The notes beneath the pieces are model-generated. The model saw only the letters and a program-made list of their open reading frames with translations. It did no database searches and was not told the DNA's origin. Positions 9,204 through 17,667 of a stretch of 64,000 nt of DNA are shown piece after piece (position 1 is the stretch's first letter; every line of letters begins with the position of its first letter). The position numbers and the translations under genes are program-made. Location: the NCBI GenBank assembly GCA_965226245.1, contig CBDDCL010000015.1, positions 1,926,632 to 1,990,631 on the forward strand, written 5' to 3'. The stretch comes from Bryobacterales bacterium (GTDB lineage Bacteria > Acidobacteriota > Terriglobia > Bryobacterales > UBA6623).

Positions 9204-9563
9204 ATGGACTCCGAACTCAAAGATCTTATCCTCGATACTATCGAATCCTCCCTCGACGCTCAGCTTCGCGCTGTCCGCCGACTCCGCAAAGATCCTCCCC
9301 CGGCTCCCTCCAGCCCGCCTTCCCGTCTGTCTCAGGTTAATATGGCATTTGACATACTTAAAAAGGCCCGCAGCCCTCTCCACGTCTCCGATCTGATCGA
9401 CCGCATCCATTCCCACTTCGGCGTAGCCGTCGACCGCGAAAGCCTCGTCTCCTCCTTGTCGAAGAAAATCGCTCGCGGCGACCGCTTCGTCCGCACCGGA
9501 AAGAACACGTTTGGCTTACGAAAACCATCTTCGGAACCAGCTTCAGAAAAGGAGTCCCCATGA
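9204..9563 (+). CDS. Small HARE-HTH-like DNA-binding protein (IS passenger or regulator)
   Basis: The segment FDILKKARSPLHVSDLIDRIHSHFG...SLSKKIARGDRFVRTGKNTFGL resembles the HARE-HTH / RpoE-delta N-domain pattern. Its stop overlaps the transposase ATG as ATGA. Confidence 0.45.
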   Translation: MDSELKDLILDTIESSLDAQLRAVRRLRKDPPPAPSSPPSRLSQVNMAFDILKKARSPLHVSDLIDRIHSHFGVAVDRESLVSSLSKKIARGDRFVRTGKNTFGLRKPSSEPASEKESP

Positions 9564-10948
9564 CACTGTTAGAGAACTTCACCGCGATCACCTCCCGCTG
9601 GCGAGGGACGTTTCCCCAGCGGCGCACGCATCTCCGCGCCCAGCGCCAGGCGCTGGGTTCGCTGGTCTGTCTGGGACGGGACGCGCCGACCACGGCCTCG
9701 ACGCGCATCATCTGGACCAACGGCGGCTCGCAGCGCAGCTGGAGCGCCGAGTATTTCCTGCATTCGCGCTGCCAGTGGCAGCCGCAACAGTTGTTTCAGC
9801 CCATTGCGGAAAGCGCTTTGGCGTGGTGCCGGGGACCTCTGATCGGCGTCGCCGTCGATGACACTCGTCTGCACAAAACCGGCCGCTCGATCGAACAGGC
9901 CTGCTACCAGCGCGATCCCATGTCGCCCCCGTTTCATTGCAATCTGATGCTGGGATTGCGCTTCTTGCAAGCCTCGCTGCTGCTGCCGCTCGAGCAGCAG
10001 GGAGTTGACGCGCGTGCGCTGCCGATCCGCTTTCAAGACGCTCCGGCGGTGAAAAAGCCCGGCCGCCGGGCCGACGCCGAGCAGCGCCAGCAATACCGCG
10101 AACAAGTCAAGCAGCACAATCTTTCGCGGCGCTTCGTCGAGATGATGGGGGAGTTGCGGCAGAGTTTGGATGAAGCCGGGGCGCGCCGCCAGACGATGGT
10201 GCTGGCCGCCGACGGCAGCTTTTGCAACCGCACAGTTTTTACGGCCCCGCGCGAGCGCAGCGAGATCATCGCCCGCGCCCGCAAGGACGCGCGGCTGTGC
10301 TGGAGGGCGCCGGCCGGGGGGCGGCGTTTTTACGGAGTCGAGAAGTTCACGCCCGAGCAAATGCGTCAAGACGGCAAGGTAAAGTGGCAAAGGGCCAGGA
10401 TTTTCTACGGTGGCCGGTGGCGCAAGATCCGCTACAAACAGCTGCGCGGGGTGCTTTGGCAGGGCGGAGCGCGGCGCCAGCCGTTGCGCTTGTTCGTGGT
10501 GGCGCCGACGGCGTATCGCAAGCGCAAAAGCGGCCGCTTGTACTATCGGCGTCCGGCGTACTTGCTGACCAGCGACCTCGACAGCAGCGCGAAAGCCCTG
10601 TTGCAGATCTACTTCAACCGCTGGCAGATCGAAGTCAACCACCGCGAGGAGAAGGACACGCTGGGAGTCGGCCAGGCACAGTTGTGGAACGGGGTGGCGG
10701 TACCGAAACAGCCGGTTTTGGCGGTGGCGGCCTACAGCGCTTTGCTGCTGGCTTCGCTCCAGAGCTACGGAGCGAAGCGAGGAGAGCAGTACGCGCCGCT
10801 GCCGAAGTGGCGACGGGACGCCAAGCGGCCTTCTTGCCTGGATCTGATCACGCTGTTGCGCAAAGAAATGGCCGAACACCCCGAAATACTGGCCCCGCTG
10901 GGCCTCCATCCCAGCTATCAAGGCTTCACCGCCGCTGCCGCAGCCTGA
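9560..10948 (+). CDS. DDE transposase, IS4 superfamily
   Basis: 462 aa. Candidate D (VAVDDT), D (LAADGSF) and an exact Y-2-R-3-E-6-K signature (YFNRWQIEVNHREEK). Confidence 0.75.
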   Translation: MTLLENFTAITSRWRGTFPQRRTHLRAQRQALGSLVCLGRDAPTTASTRIIWTNGGSQRSWSAEYFLHSRCQWQPQQLFQPIAESALAWCRGPLIGVAVDDTRLHKTGRSIEQACYQRDPMSPPFHCNLMLGLRFLQASLLLPLEQQGVDARALPIRFQDAPAVKKPGRRADAEQRQQYREQVKQHNLSRRFVEMMGELRQSLDEAGARRQTMVLAADGSFCNRTVFTAPRERSEIIARARKDARLCWRAPAGGRRFYGVEKFTPEQMRQDGKVKWQRARIFYGGRWRKIRYKQLRGVLWQGGARRQPLRLFVVAPTAYRKRKSGRLYYRRPAYLLTSDLDSSAKALLQIYFNRWQIEVNHREEKDTLGVGQAQLWNGVAVPKQPVLAVAAYSALLLASLQSYGAKRGEQYAPLPKWRRDAKRPSCLDLITLLRKEMAEHPEILAPLGLHPSYQGFTAAAAA

Positions 10949-11387
10949 AAAATGTAGAAACTCCAGGTGTTGGGCCTCCAGGCCCAACATACGCTACCTT
11001 GGAAGTCCAGGGAGACTCAGCATCCAGTTAGAACCCTAGAACAGCGCCGCAAGCGCGGTAGAATTCGTTATGCCCTCGTTTCCCTGCGACCCTCGGCACG
11101 CTTCCGCACTTGCGGCAGTCGTGCTCCTTTGTTACTCCTGTGCCTCAGCCCCGCCCGAATCGCCGCTACCCTGCAACGCGCCGCTCGATTGACGCCAGGA
11201 TGCCGCGGCCGAACCCCAACTACGATCCCGCCCGAGCCAAGGAAAAAGGGCCCGCGCCAGCACCCGCGACGAGCGATTGAAAGACAGCCGGCGCGGCGCG
11301 GCGCGGCGATGAGGAATTGCGGGTGGTTGGTGGCGCGCATGGTGCGAAGACCGGTTAGAATGGTCGCAGGCCGCGAAGGAGGTCTCT

Positions 11388-12707
11388 ATGATGTCTCTCA
11401 CCCGCCGGTCACTACTCAAGAAATCCGCCGCCGGGCTCGCCGGACTCCGTGTTGCACCCGCATTCAGCGCGGCCCGGCGCAACCCGAACGAAACCTTCCG
11501 TGTCGCCTGCATGGGCGTTCGGGGGCGCGGGCGCACTCTTCTTTACGACTTTGCTGAATTGCCGGAGGTCGAAGTCGCGACCATCTGCGACGTGGACACG
11601 CGCTTGTTCGACGAACGCCGCAAAGCCGTTGAACAGCGCCAGGGAAAGGCGCCGCGGCTCGAAACTGATTTCCGCCGTCTGCTCGACGACAAATCGATCG
11701 ACGCGATCGTCATAGGAACGCCGACCCATTGGCATGCGATTCCAACAATTCTGGCTTGCCAGGCCGGCAAGCACGTCTACGTCGAGAAACCGGCTGGCCA
11801 CAACATTCGCGAGGGCCAGGCCATGCTGGCCGCCGCCCGCAAATACAACCGGGTGGTTCAGGTGGGAATCCAGTCACGCAGCGGCCGCAACTACGAAGAA
11901 GCATGTGACTACATCCGCACGGGCGTGCTCGGCAAGGTGATGTTCGCCAAAGGCTGGGAAAGCGCCAAGCAGCGCGGCATCGGCCACCCGCCCGACGAGA
12001 AGGTCCCCGCCGGCGTCGACTATGACATGTGGCTGGGCCCCGCGCCCGAGCGCCCGTTCAACATCAATCGCTTCCATGGCAAGTGGCGCTGGTTCTTCGA
12101 TTATGGCGCGGGCGATCTCGCCAACGACGGCATCCATCGCCTGGACTACGCGCGGCGCGGGCTCGAAGCCGGCTTCGCCGCGCAAGGGAAAAAACTGCCC
12201 GAGTGGCCCAAAGCCGTTTCCACGAGCGGAGGCAAATACTACTTCAACGACGCCCAGGAGTGGCCCGACACGCTGATCGTCAACTACGACTACCCGGGCG
12301 CCACGCTGATGTACGAGATGCGCATTTGGTCCCAGCCGCCGCTGGAGGGCCACGCCGAAGGCGCCGCCGTCTTTGGAGAAAATGGCTACGTCATCATCGG
12401 CAACGGCTCCTGGAGCGCCTACGGCCCGAAAGGCGAACTCGTCAAGTCGGGCGCCAGCACGAAAGCGGACGACGATGTCCGCCACAAGGGCGATTTTCTC
12501 AAATGCATCCGCGACGGCGGCCGCCCGGTCTGCGACATTGCCGTCGGACACGTTGCCTCGGGTCTGGTCCACATGGGCAACATCGCCTGGCGCGTCGACC
12601 GAAAACTGCACTTCGACGCTGCGTCAGAGCGGTTCATCAGCGACCAGCAAGCGAACAGCTTCCTCGGCCGGACATATCGCGACCGCTGGCCGCTGCCCAC
12701 GGTGTAA
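11388..12707 (+). CDS. Gfo/Idh/MocA-family oxidoreductase with twin-arginine signal
   Basis: The N-terminus MMSLTRRSLLKKSAAGLAGL is Tat-like. Rossmann segment FRVACMGVRGRGR. The length and C-terminal domain are typical of the family. Confidence 0.8.
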   Translation: MMSLTRRSLLKKSAAGLAGLRVAPAFSAARRNPNETFRVACMGVRGRGRTLLYDFAELPEVEVATICDVDTRLFDERRKAVEQRQGKAPRLETDFRRLLDDKSIDAIVIGTPTHWHAIPTILACQAGKHVYVEKPAGHNIREGQAMLAAARKYNRVVQVGIQSRSGRNYEEACDYIRTGVLGKVMFAKGWESAKQRGIGHPPDEKVPAGVDYDMWLGPAPERPFNINRFHGKWRWFFDYGAGDLANDGIHRLDYARRGLEAGFAAQGKKLPEWPKAVSTSGGKYYFNDAQEWPDTLIVNYDYPGATLMYEMRIWSQPPLEGHAEGAAVFGENGYVIIGNGSWSAYGPKGELVKSGASTKADDDVRHKGDFLKCIRDGGRPVCDIAVGHVASGLVHMGNIAWRVDRKLHFDAASERFISDQQANSFLGRTYRDRWPLPTV

Positions 12708-13015
12708 GGGCTCTTGATCGGCCGGCTCGGATCACAACCAAAGGACGCGCGCCCCGAACATTGGGGGCGGAAAGCTCAGTCAATTTGAACAAGCCCGACA
12801 TTCTCCGTCTCGCGCGCCGCCAGCTCGCCGACTATGACGCCCATCGCCCCGGGCTCGTTTTCCAAGAACACAATGGTTTTCTGACGGTTCCCGAAGCCTA
12901 CTCCCTTCAGATCGAGTTCGCTCGCCTGCGGCAAGCCCGCGGCGAAGAACTGGCGGGCTACAAAATCGGCTGTCTGAGCGCCACCGTTCGGCGCCAATTC
13001 GGTCTCAATCAAGCC
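12553..13015 (+). repeat. Long direct repeat DR1 (463 bp)
   Basis: About 99% identical to 16488-16947, apart from a block at 12877-12995 that is present in the opposite orientation in DR2. Confidence 0.9.
12761..13015 (+). pseudogene. 5' fragment of a 2-keto-4-pentenoate hydratase (MhpD/FAH-family) gene
   Basis: It encodes ...LTVPEAYSLQIEFARLRQARGEELAGYKIGCLSATVRRQFGLNQ, the typical hydratase N-terminal motif. It diverges into unrelated low-GC sequence after 13015. Confidence 0.65.
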
Positions 13016-13064
13016 TCTACCCTTATGAGCCCAACCTGCCTAAAACCGTTTCCAGCGAGCAACT

Positions 13065-13232
13065 CCCCACCCACCCCGCTTCCAAACGTTTCAACAAATT
13101 TTGTTGTTCTTAATCTCCCCAAGGAGGCCCTGTAATTTTTTTAGAAATTTTCCAGATCCCCACCCACCCCGCTTCCAAACGTTTCGCCTTAATCTCCCCA
13201 AGGACGTACATTTTTTTAGAAATTTTCCAGAT
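13065..13232 (+). repeat. Tandem direct repeat, 93 bp + 75 bp
   Basis: The unit CCCCACCCACCCCGCTTCCAAACGTTTC...CTTAATCTCCCCAAGGA...TTTTTTAGAAATTTTCCAGAT occurs twice. Unit 1 carries an extra palindromic AACAAATTTTGTTGTT insert. Confidence 0.9.
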
Positions 13233-13388
13233 CTGTTGATTTCTAAGATCCATCTCTGCTATCGTTACGTGCCATGCCCTGCGTCGCCGTGTCCTCCCAT
13301 GCCACGCCATATTCGGTGGTATCATGTGGGGTCATATGGCACGCCAGCCACAATCCACTAAATACCCCATTTCGGTGTATCATGTCAT

Positions 13389-13586
13389 ATGGGGTACTCT
13401 GCCATCAACCGCTCCAAGTACCACGTCTGCATGAATTGCCAGTCCGTCGTGGCGATACGTCCAGACCATTGGAGCGTGTGCACTGAGGACGAGGCCAGAG
13501 AGAGCGGCATGCAGCCCTGCGGCAATTGCCGGGCCGCCATAGCCAACGAAAGGCCTTGCAAGCCAATTCAGAAACAGAAAAATTGA
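13389..13586 (+). CDS. Small Cys-rich protein, Ada-type Zn-binding-like
   Basis: 65 aa. KYHVCMNCQSV...EDEARESGMQPCGNCR resembles the Ada metal-binding pattern (YH..C......A...G..PC..C). The region is low-GC. Confidence 0.35.
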   Translation: MGYSAINRSKYHVCMNCQSVVAIRPDHWSVCTEDEARESGMQPCGNCRAAIANERPCKPIQKQKN

Positions 13587-13938
13587 CCCCGCCGTGGCCC
13601 CCGCAAAGTCCAAAGGACGCGTTTTACATAAGAGAGGCTGGCTCGCCAAGAACTAGCAGAGGAGGCAACATGTTAGACAGAGTATGCTCCTTTCCAACCC
13701 CCGTCACCGGGTTGCCCCCCTTAGCCGTCTAACCATACTGGCTATGGGTAGTACGAGGTATCTGAGGGACAATTCGCGGCAATCCCCAATGGGCGTTCCG
13801 CGAATCTCCTATTACAACAGAGCCATTGAACTCCGATTGTGCTTGTTAGTGAGGCCGTTTTCGGCTCCACCAACGACACGACGCCGGGTACCTGGAAGTT
13901 CTTCAGGTGCTGGCGACACAAGCAGCAGGAGGTAGTCA

Positions 13939-14543
13939 ATGGCCACACAACAGCGGCGCGACTCCCATGAACTTCGTGCAGAGTCAGCTTTCGGGAACAG
14001 CGGATGCCCATCCCCGGTGAGGGAAGTCCCGAAACCACCTCGCGGCGTGAAAAACACCTGGAGAAACCCTCTCGTGACAGACTTCTGGCGGAACCTCATT
14101 AGCACAGTTGTGGTAGGGTACGCTCTCTGGATCGGCGCGACTCTGTGGAACATGCAGTCAACCCTTGTTGCGTTACGGACGACGTCCACAACAACCGAGC
14201 GGACTGTTCAAGGGATTGACCTGCAGCTCCGGAACACGACAAGCACAGTAAACCAGGGCTTTTCTGATGTCGTTGATCTTATCTCGGACCTTCACCCGTC
14301 CCCAGAGGACCAGAATATCATCCGCTCGATCCGTACCAGAATCCGCGACCGTACCGCTAGAGCAACAAGAGTCGCGGCCTTCACATCACCTCTCGTGGAG
14401 ACCGCGCTCTACAAACAGAGTGAGTATGTTGACGGGGCCATAGCATTGACTTTGAAGTCTCCCGTAGACCATGGCCGAACCGTTTTTATACGGGCTGCGA
14501 CCAGCGGTGAGGTCGTTAAGTGTGAGAAGGGTAGTGATCCATC
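13939..14543 (+). pseudogene. Membrane-anchored LytM/M23-like protein, 5' part (interrupted by IS3)
   Basis: One TM segment (FWRNLISTVVVGYALWIGATLW). The reading frame runs into the IS3 left end at 14544 and resumes in frame at 16080. Confidence 0.6.
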
Positions 14544-14800
14544 TGGACCTGCCCCCTGGGGTGAGACAAATAGTTTAGACACAGTTGACCGTTCGCTGGT
14601 TTTTGCTGGCCAGCGGCGGCCCTTTGCTTCATAATAGCTCCCGGTTGGTGAAGCGGAGGCGGGCTCTGCGGGAGCGCAACCCGCCAAGGAATAACCAACT
14701 GGAAACTCATCGAGACGATGGGCCGGGGCGTGAAGCCGTCCGCTTCGCGCCCCACTCCTGCACAAACCCAGTCCATCGGATCGAAAGATTTCCCCATGCC

Positions 14801-15751
14801 TCAGAAAACTCCTTCCGCCACTGCCGCCGAATCCGCTGGCGGCGCTCCCAGCTTCTGCTCGAACTCCGCCGGCGGACAATAGCCCAGCGCTGAATGCAAG
14901 CGCTTCTCGTTGTACACCTTCTCGAGAAAGCGTCCGATCGATGCGCGCGCTTCGGCCAGGTCGCGGTACTCCGAGCGGTAGACCTCCTCGTACTTCAGCG
15001 TCTTCATGAAAGACTCCGCTTTGGCATTGTCGTAGGGGTTGGCTTTGCGGCTCATGCTGATGGTGATTTCGTGCTGCTTCAATAAGTCGACGTAGCCGTT
15101 GGCGGCATACTGCACGCCGCGGTCGGAGTGATGCGCCAGCCCGGCACCCGGCCGCCGCTGATTGAGTGCCATCCGTAACGCGGCGATCGTCAGCTTCCCT
15201 TCCAGCGTGTCCTCCAGCGCCCAGCCGACCACCCGCCGCGAGTAAGCATCTAGAATCACCGCCAGGTAAACGAACTCCCAGGCCAGCCGGATATAGGTGA
15301 TATCAGCCACCCAGAGCTGGTCCAAACCGCTCAGGACGATCTCACGGGCCAGATTGGGATAGACGGTCAACCCGTGACGCGAGTCGGTGGTCAGCACGAA
15401 TTTCCGCCGCCGCAAACACAGCAGGTTGTCCTCCCGCAGAATGCGCTGCACCTTCTTGGGATTGATGACCCAGCCGCGGCGCCGCAACTCGGCGGTGATG
15501 CGTGGCCGCCCGTAGCTGGAGAACTCCAGCGCGATGCGCTGGATGGTGTCACGCAGTTCCAGGTCCGCATCGGGCCCCTGCTTCTCAGGCTGCCAGCGGT
15601 AGAAGCTGGCGCGCGGCAGCTCCGCCAGCTGACACATTCGCTGGACGCTCATCGGCGGCGGCTCCTGGACTTGTTGCCGGATCTGGTGGCCGACAGCGGT
15701 TTTCCAGTCGAGGCCTGCAGCTTCCGCTGTTGTTCGATGCGCTGCAAGCAC
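14801..15751 (-). CDS. IS3 transposase OrfB (DDE integrase core), expressed as an OrfAB fusion
   Basis: HSDRGVQYAA...SMSRKANPYDNAKAESFMKTLKYEEVY is the rve-type catalytic core. It lies in the -1 frame relative to orfA. Confidence 0.9.
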   Translation of the reverse strand: MLAAHRTTAEAAGLDWKTAVGHQIRQQVQEPPPMSVQRMCQLAELPRASFYRWQPEKQGPDADLELRDTIQRIALEFSSYGRPRITAELRRRGWVINPKKVQRILREDNLLCLRRRKFVLTTDSRHGLTVYPNLAREIVLSGLDQLWVADITYIRLAWEFVYLAVILDAYSRRVVGWALEDTLEGKLTIAALRMALNQRRPGAGLAHHSDRGVQYAANGYVDLLKQHEITISMSRKANPYDNAKAESFMKTLKYEEVYRSEYRDLAEARASIGRFLEKVYNEKRLHSALGYCPPAEFEQKLGAPPADSAAVAEGVF

Positions 15752-16014
15752 CGCTTTAAAAAATCGATCTCCATGGCCTGGCGGCCGACCTTGCGCTCCA
15801 GCTCCGCCGTGCGCGTTTCTTCCCAGCGGCGTTTGCCTTCACCGGGGAAGGCGTTGCCGGGACCTTGGCGAAACTCTCGCCGCCAGCGGTGCAGCAGGTT
15901 GGGATTGATCTCAAAGACCCGGCTGACCTCGGCCGCCGAGGCGCCCTGCTGCAGCCGTTCCACTGCCGACAACTTGAATTCTTGTGTGAATTTCCGTCGA
16001 GACAAACTCATCAC
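15649..16014 (-). CDS. IS3 transposase OrfA (HTH)
   Basis: MSLSRRKFTQEFKLSAVERLQQGASAAEVSRVFEINPNLLHRWRREF is the classic IS3/IS911 OrfA, with a leucine-zipper-like end. Confidence 0.9.
   Translation of the reverse strand: MMSLSRRKFTQEFKLSAVERLQQGASAAEVSRVFEINPNLLHRWRREFRQGPGNAFPGEGKRRWEETRTAELERKVGRQAMEIDFLKRCLQRIEQQRKLQASTGKPLSATRSGNKSRSRRR
15757..15763 (-). promoter_or_regulatory. Programmed -1 ribosomal frameshift heptamer T TTT TTA
   Basis: In the orfA frame the codons read GAT TTT TTA AAG. A -1 slip continues as AAA GCG GTG CTT..., which is KAVLAAHRTT, exactly the orfB frame. Confidence 0.75.
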
Positions 16015-16079
16015 TCATCCTCCGTTCACTGGATTTTGAGTCTAAACTGGTTGTCTCACTTTTGGGGGCAAGTCCAATC

Positions 16080-16362
16080 CGATCTGAGCAGTGAAGCCGA
16101 GGAGTTCTGGGTCGTACACCTCTTGGAGCCCGTTTCTGGCTACACCACCTTCTACGGTCGCCTCTCCGAGGTTAAAGTGAAGCTCGGTAGCACAGTAGAA
16201 GAAGGACAACCCATCGGCGTCGCTCGCGCGACCTCCCCGATTTGCTTGAGATTTGGGGTAATCCGGCCAGGCAGCGACAAAATTTCAGATCCCCGGGCCT
16301 TTCTGCCATCCATGGAGCCAATCAGAAAGCTATCACTCATTGAGTTCCTCTGGCCGTTTTAG
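16080..16362 (+). pseudogene. LytM/M23-like protein, 3' part
   Basis: VVHLLEPVSGYTTFYGRLSEVKVKLGSTVEEGQPIGVA...LRFGV...DPRAFLP follows the M23 C-terminal pattern, but the HxH is replaced. It joins in frame to 14543 once the IS and one TSD copy are removed. Confidence 0.6.
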
Positions 16363-16487
16363 GGCCACTTTTAGAAGCTTGAGACCCCCGCAAGAGTGTG
16401 TTTCCAAGCTTTCTTTTTCCCTCGTTACCCCCTTAACACCCCCTGCCCCTGCTGTACAATTGGGGTAACATGAAAGGCGTTATGTTC

Positions 16488-16642
16488 TTGCCTCGGGTCT
16501 GGTCCACATGGGCAACATCGCCTGGCGCGTCGACCGAAAACTGCACTTCGACGCTGCGTCGGAGCGGTTCATCAGCGACCAGGAAGCGAACAGCTTCCTC
16601 GGCCGGACATATCGCGACCGCTGGCCGCTGCCCACGGTGTAA
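16488..16642 (+). pseudogene. Duplicated 3' end of the Gfo/Idh/MocA gene
   Basis: It encodes ...GLVHMGNIAWRVDRKLHFDAASERFISDQEANSFLGRTYRDRWPLPTV*, identical to the end of 11388-12707 except for one residue. There is no 5' part. Confidence 0.85.
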
Positions 16643-16947
16643 GGGCTCTTGATCGGCCGGCTCGGATCACAACCAAAGGACGCGCGCCCCGAACATTGGG
16701 GGCGGAAAGCTCAGTCAATTTGAACAAGCCCGACATTCTCCGTCTCGCGCGCCGCCAGCTCGCCGACTATGACGCCCATCGCCCCGGGCTCGTTTTCCAA
16801 GAACACAATGGGGCGCCGAACGGTGGCGTTCAGACAGCCGATTTTGTAGCCCGCCAGTTCTTCGCCGCGGGCTTGCCGCAGGCGAGCGAACTCGATCTGA
16901 AGGGAGTAGGCTTCGGGAACCGTCCCCAATTCGGTCTCAATCAAGCC
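16488..16947 (+). repeat. Long direct repeat DR2 (460 bp)
   Basis: Copy of 12553-13015 with 2-3 SNPs. Block 16812-16927 is inverted relative to DR1. Confidence 0.9.
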
Positions 16948-17451
16948 GTCTTCGGCCACCTTTACACCACGGAAATCCACGCGGACGGAACGACCCTGGA
17001 TGCGTCTCGGTTCGATGGCCTCGCCATCGAAGGGGAATTCGCGGTCCGGCTCGGCGCCGGCATCCCCGATCCCGCGAGTCTTCAGCAAGCACCACAAGAA
17101 TTCGTGGCGTCGGTCTTCCCCGTCATCGAGTTGCACAACTATGTGTTTCGTGGAAAGAACAAAAGCGCCCAGGAGTTGATCGGGAACAACGCTCTCAACG
17201 CCGGAGCCGTGATTCCGAATGACGAACCGGCGCTAGCTGAGCCAGAACAGCTTCTCACGGAAACGATCCGCGTCCATCTCAATGACGAACTCCTCGGGAC
17301 CTGCCAACTCAACTCGGGCCGAAACCGAACAACGCCACGACCCTGGACCAACACTACGAACGACTTCAAGTTGGCATCCAAGGGCTGTTCGCTGAAATCG
17401 GCATCGCCGCGTGAAGACATAGATCGACAAGATGTCGATGTGGGATACTAA
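16696..17451 (+). pseudogene. MhpD-like hydratase gene, full length but with an internal 116-bp inversion
   Basis: The N-terminus is identical to the 12761 fragment. After HNG the conserved TVPEAYSLQ...GYKIGC stretch is replaced by its antisense translation (APNGGVQTADFVARQFF...). The normal hydratase-like sequence resumes at QFGLNQAVFGHLY. Confidence 0.55.
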
Positions 17452-17667
17452 ACGCCTAAGGTGAATTGAGTGTCGCCCTTGACTGCCCTTGACAGCGTGG
17501 ATTGATCGGCGTAGGCTGTTCGCTAGGGTTCGCGCGTCTAGTTCTTATAAGCGCTCCCGGCGGTGCAAAACCGTCTTTGGCGCGCGCGTGGAGTTGATTG
17601 GCGGCAAGGGTTCTCCATTCAGCTTCTCGACTCAACGGTTTTTGACTCAACAGGGAGGATGGAATCC

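Larger units (their letters stand above)
9003..10988 (+). mobile_element. IS4-superfamily insertion sequence carrying two genes
   Basis: ~39-bp terminal inverted repeats: 9003-9041 versus the reverse complement of 10950-10988, with few mismatches. Each contains the palindrome GTTGGGCC(TC/CA)GGCCCAAC. They enclose a small HTH ORF and a DDE transposase. Confidence 0.6.
14544..16076 (-). mobile_element. IS3-family insertion sequence (1533 bp)
   Basis: ~40-bp terminal inverted repeats TGGACCTGCCCCCTGGGGTGAGACAAATAGTTTAGACACA (14544-14583), matching the reverse complement of 16037-16076. A 3-bp target duplication ATC lies at 14541-14543 and 16077-16079. orfA and orfB are present with a frameshift site. 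Confidence 0.9.

Noticed and set aside
13065-13232. Possible CRISPR array (direct repeats).
   Set aside because: There are only two long units (93 and 75 bp), directly abutting with no spacers. No cas genes occur anywhere in the window.
13355-13372. 14-nt match (ACTAAATACCCCAT T) to the right terminus of the IS1595 element (50179-50193), possibly a solo IS end.
   Set aside because: The match does not extend convincingly into the rest of the 30-bp inverted repeat. It is too short to call without a genome-wide alignment.
13685-13755. tRNA-like D-arm string on the minus strand (TAGCCAGTATGGTTAGACGGCT) inside the low-GC insert.
   Set aside because: No GTTCGAATC-type T-loop, no consistent anticodon stem and no acceptor pairing. 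At most it is a degenerate fragment.
16470-16652. 60-aa ORF at the start of DR2.
   Set aside because: It is an off-frame reading of the duplicated 3' end of the Gfo/Idh/MocA gene. Its ATG lies in insert-derived sequence by chance.
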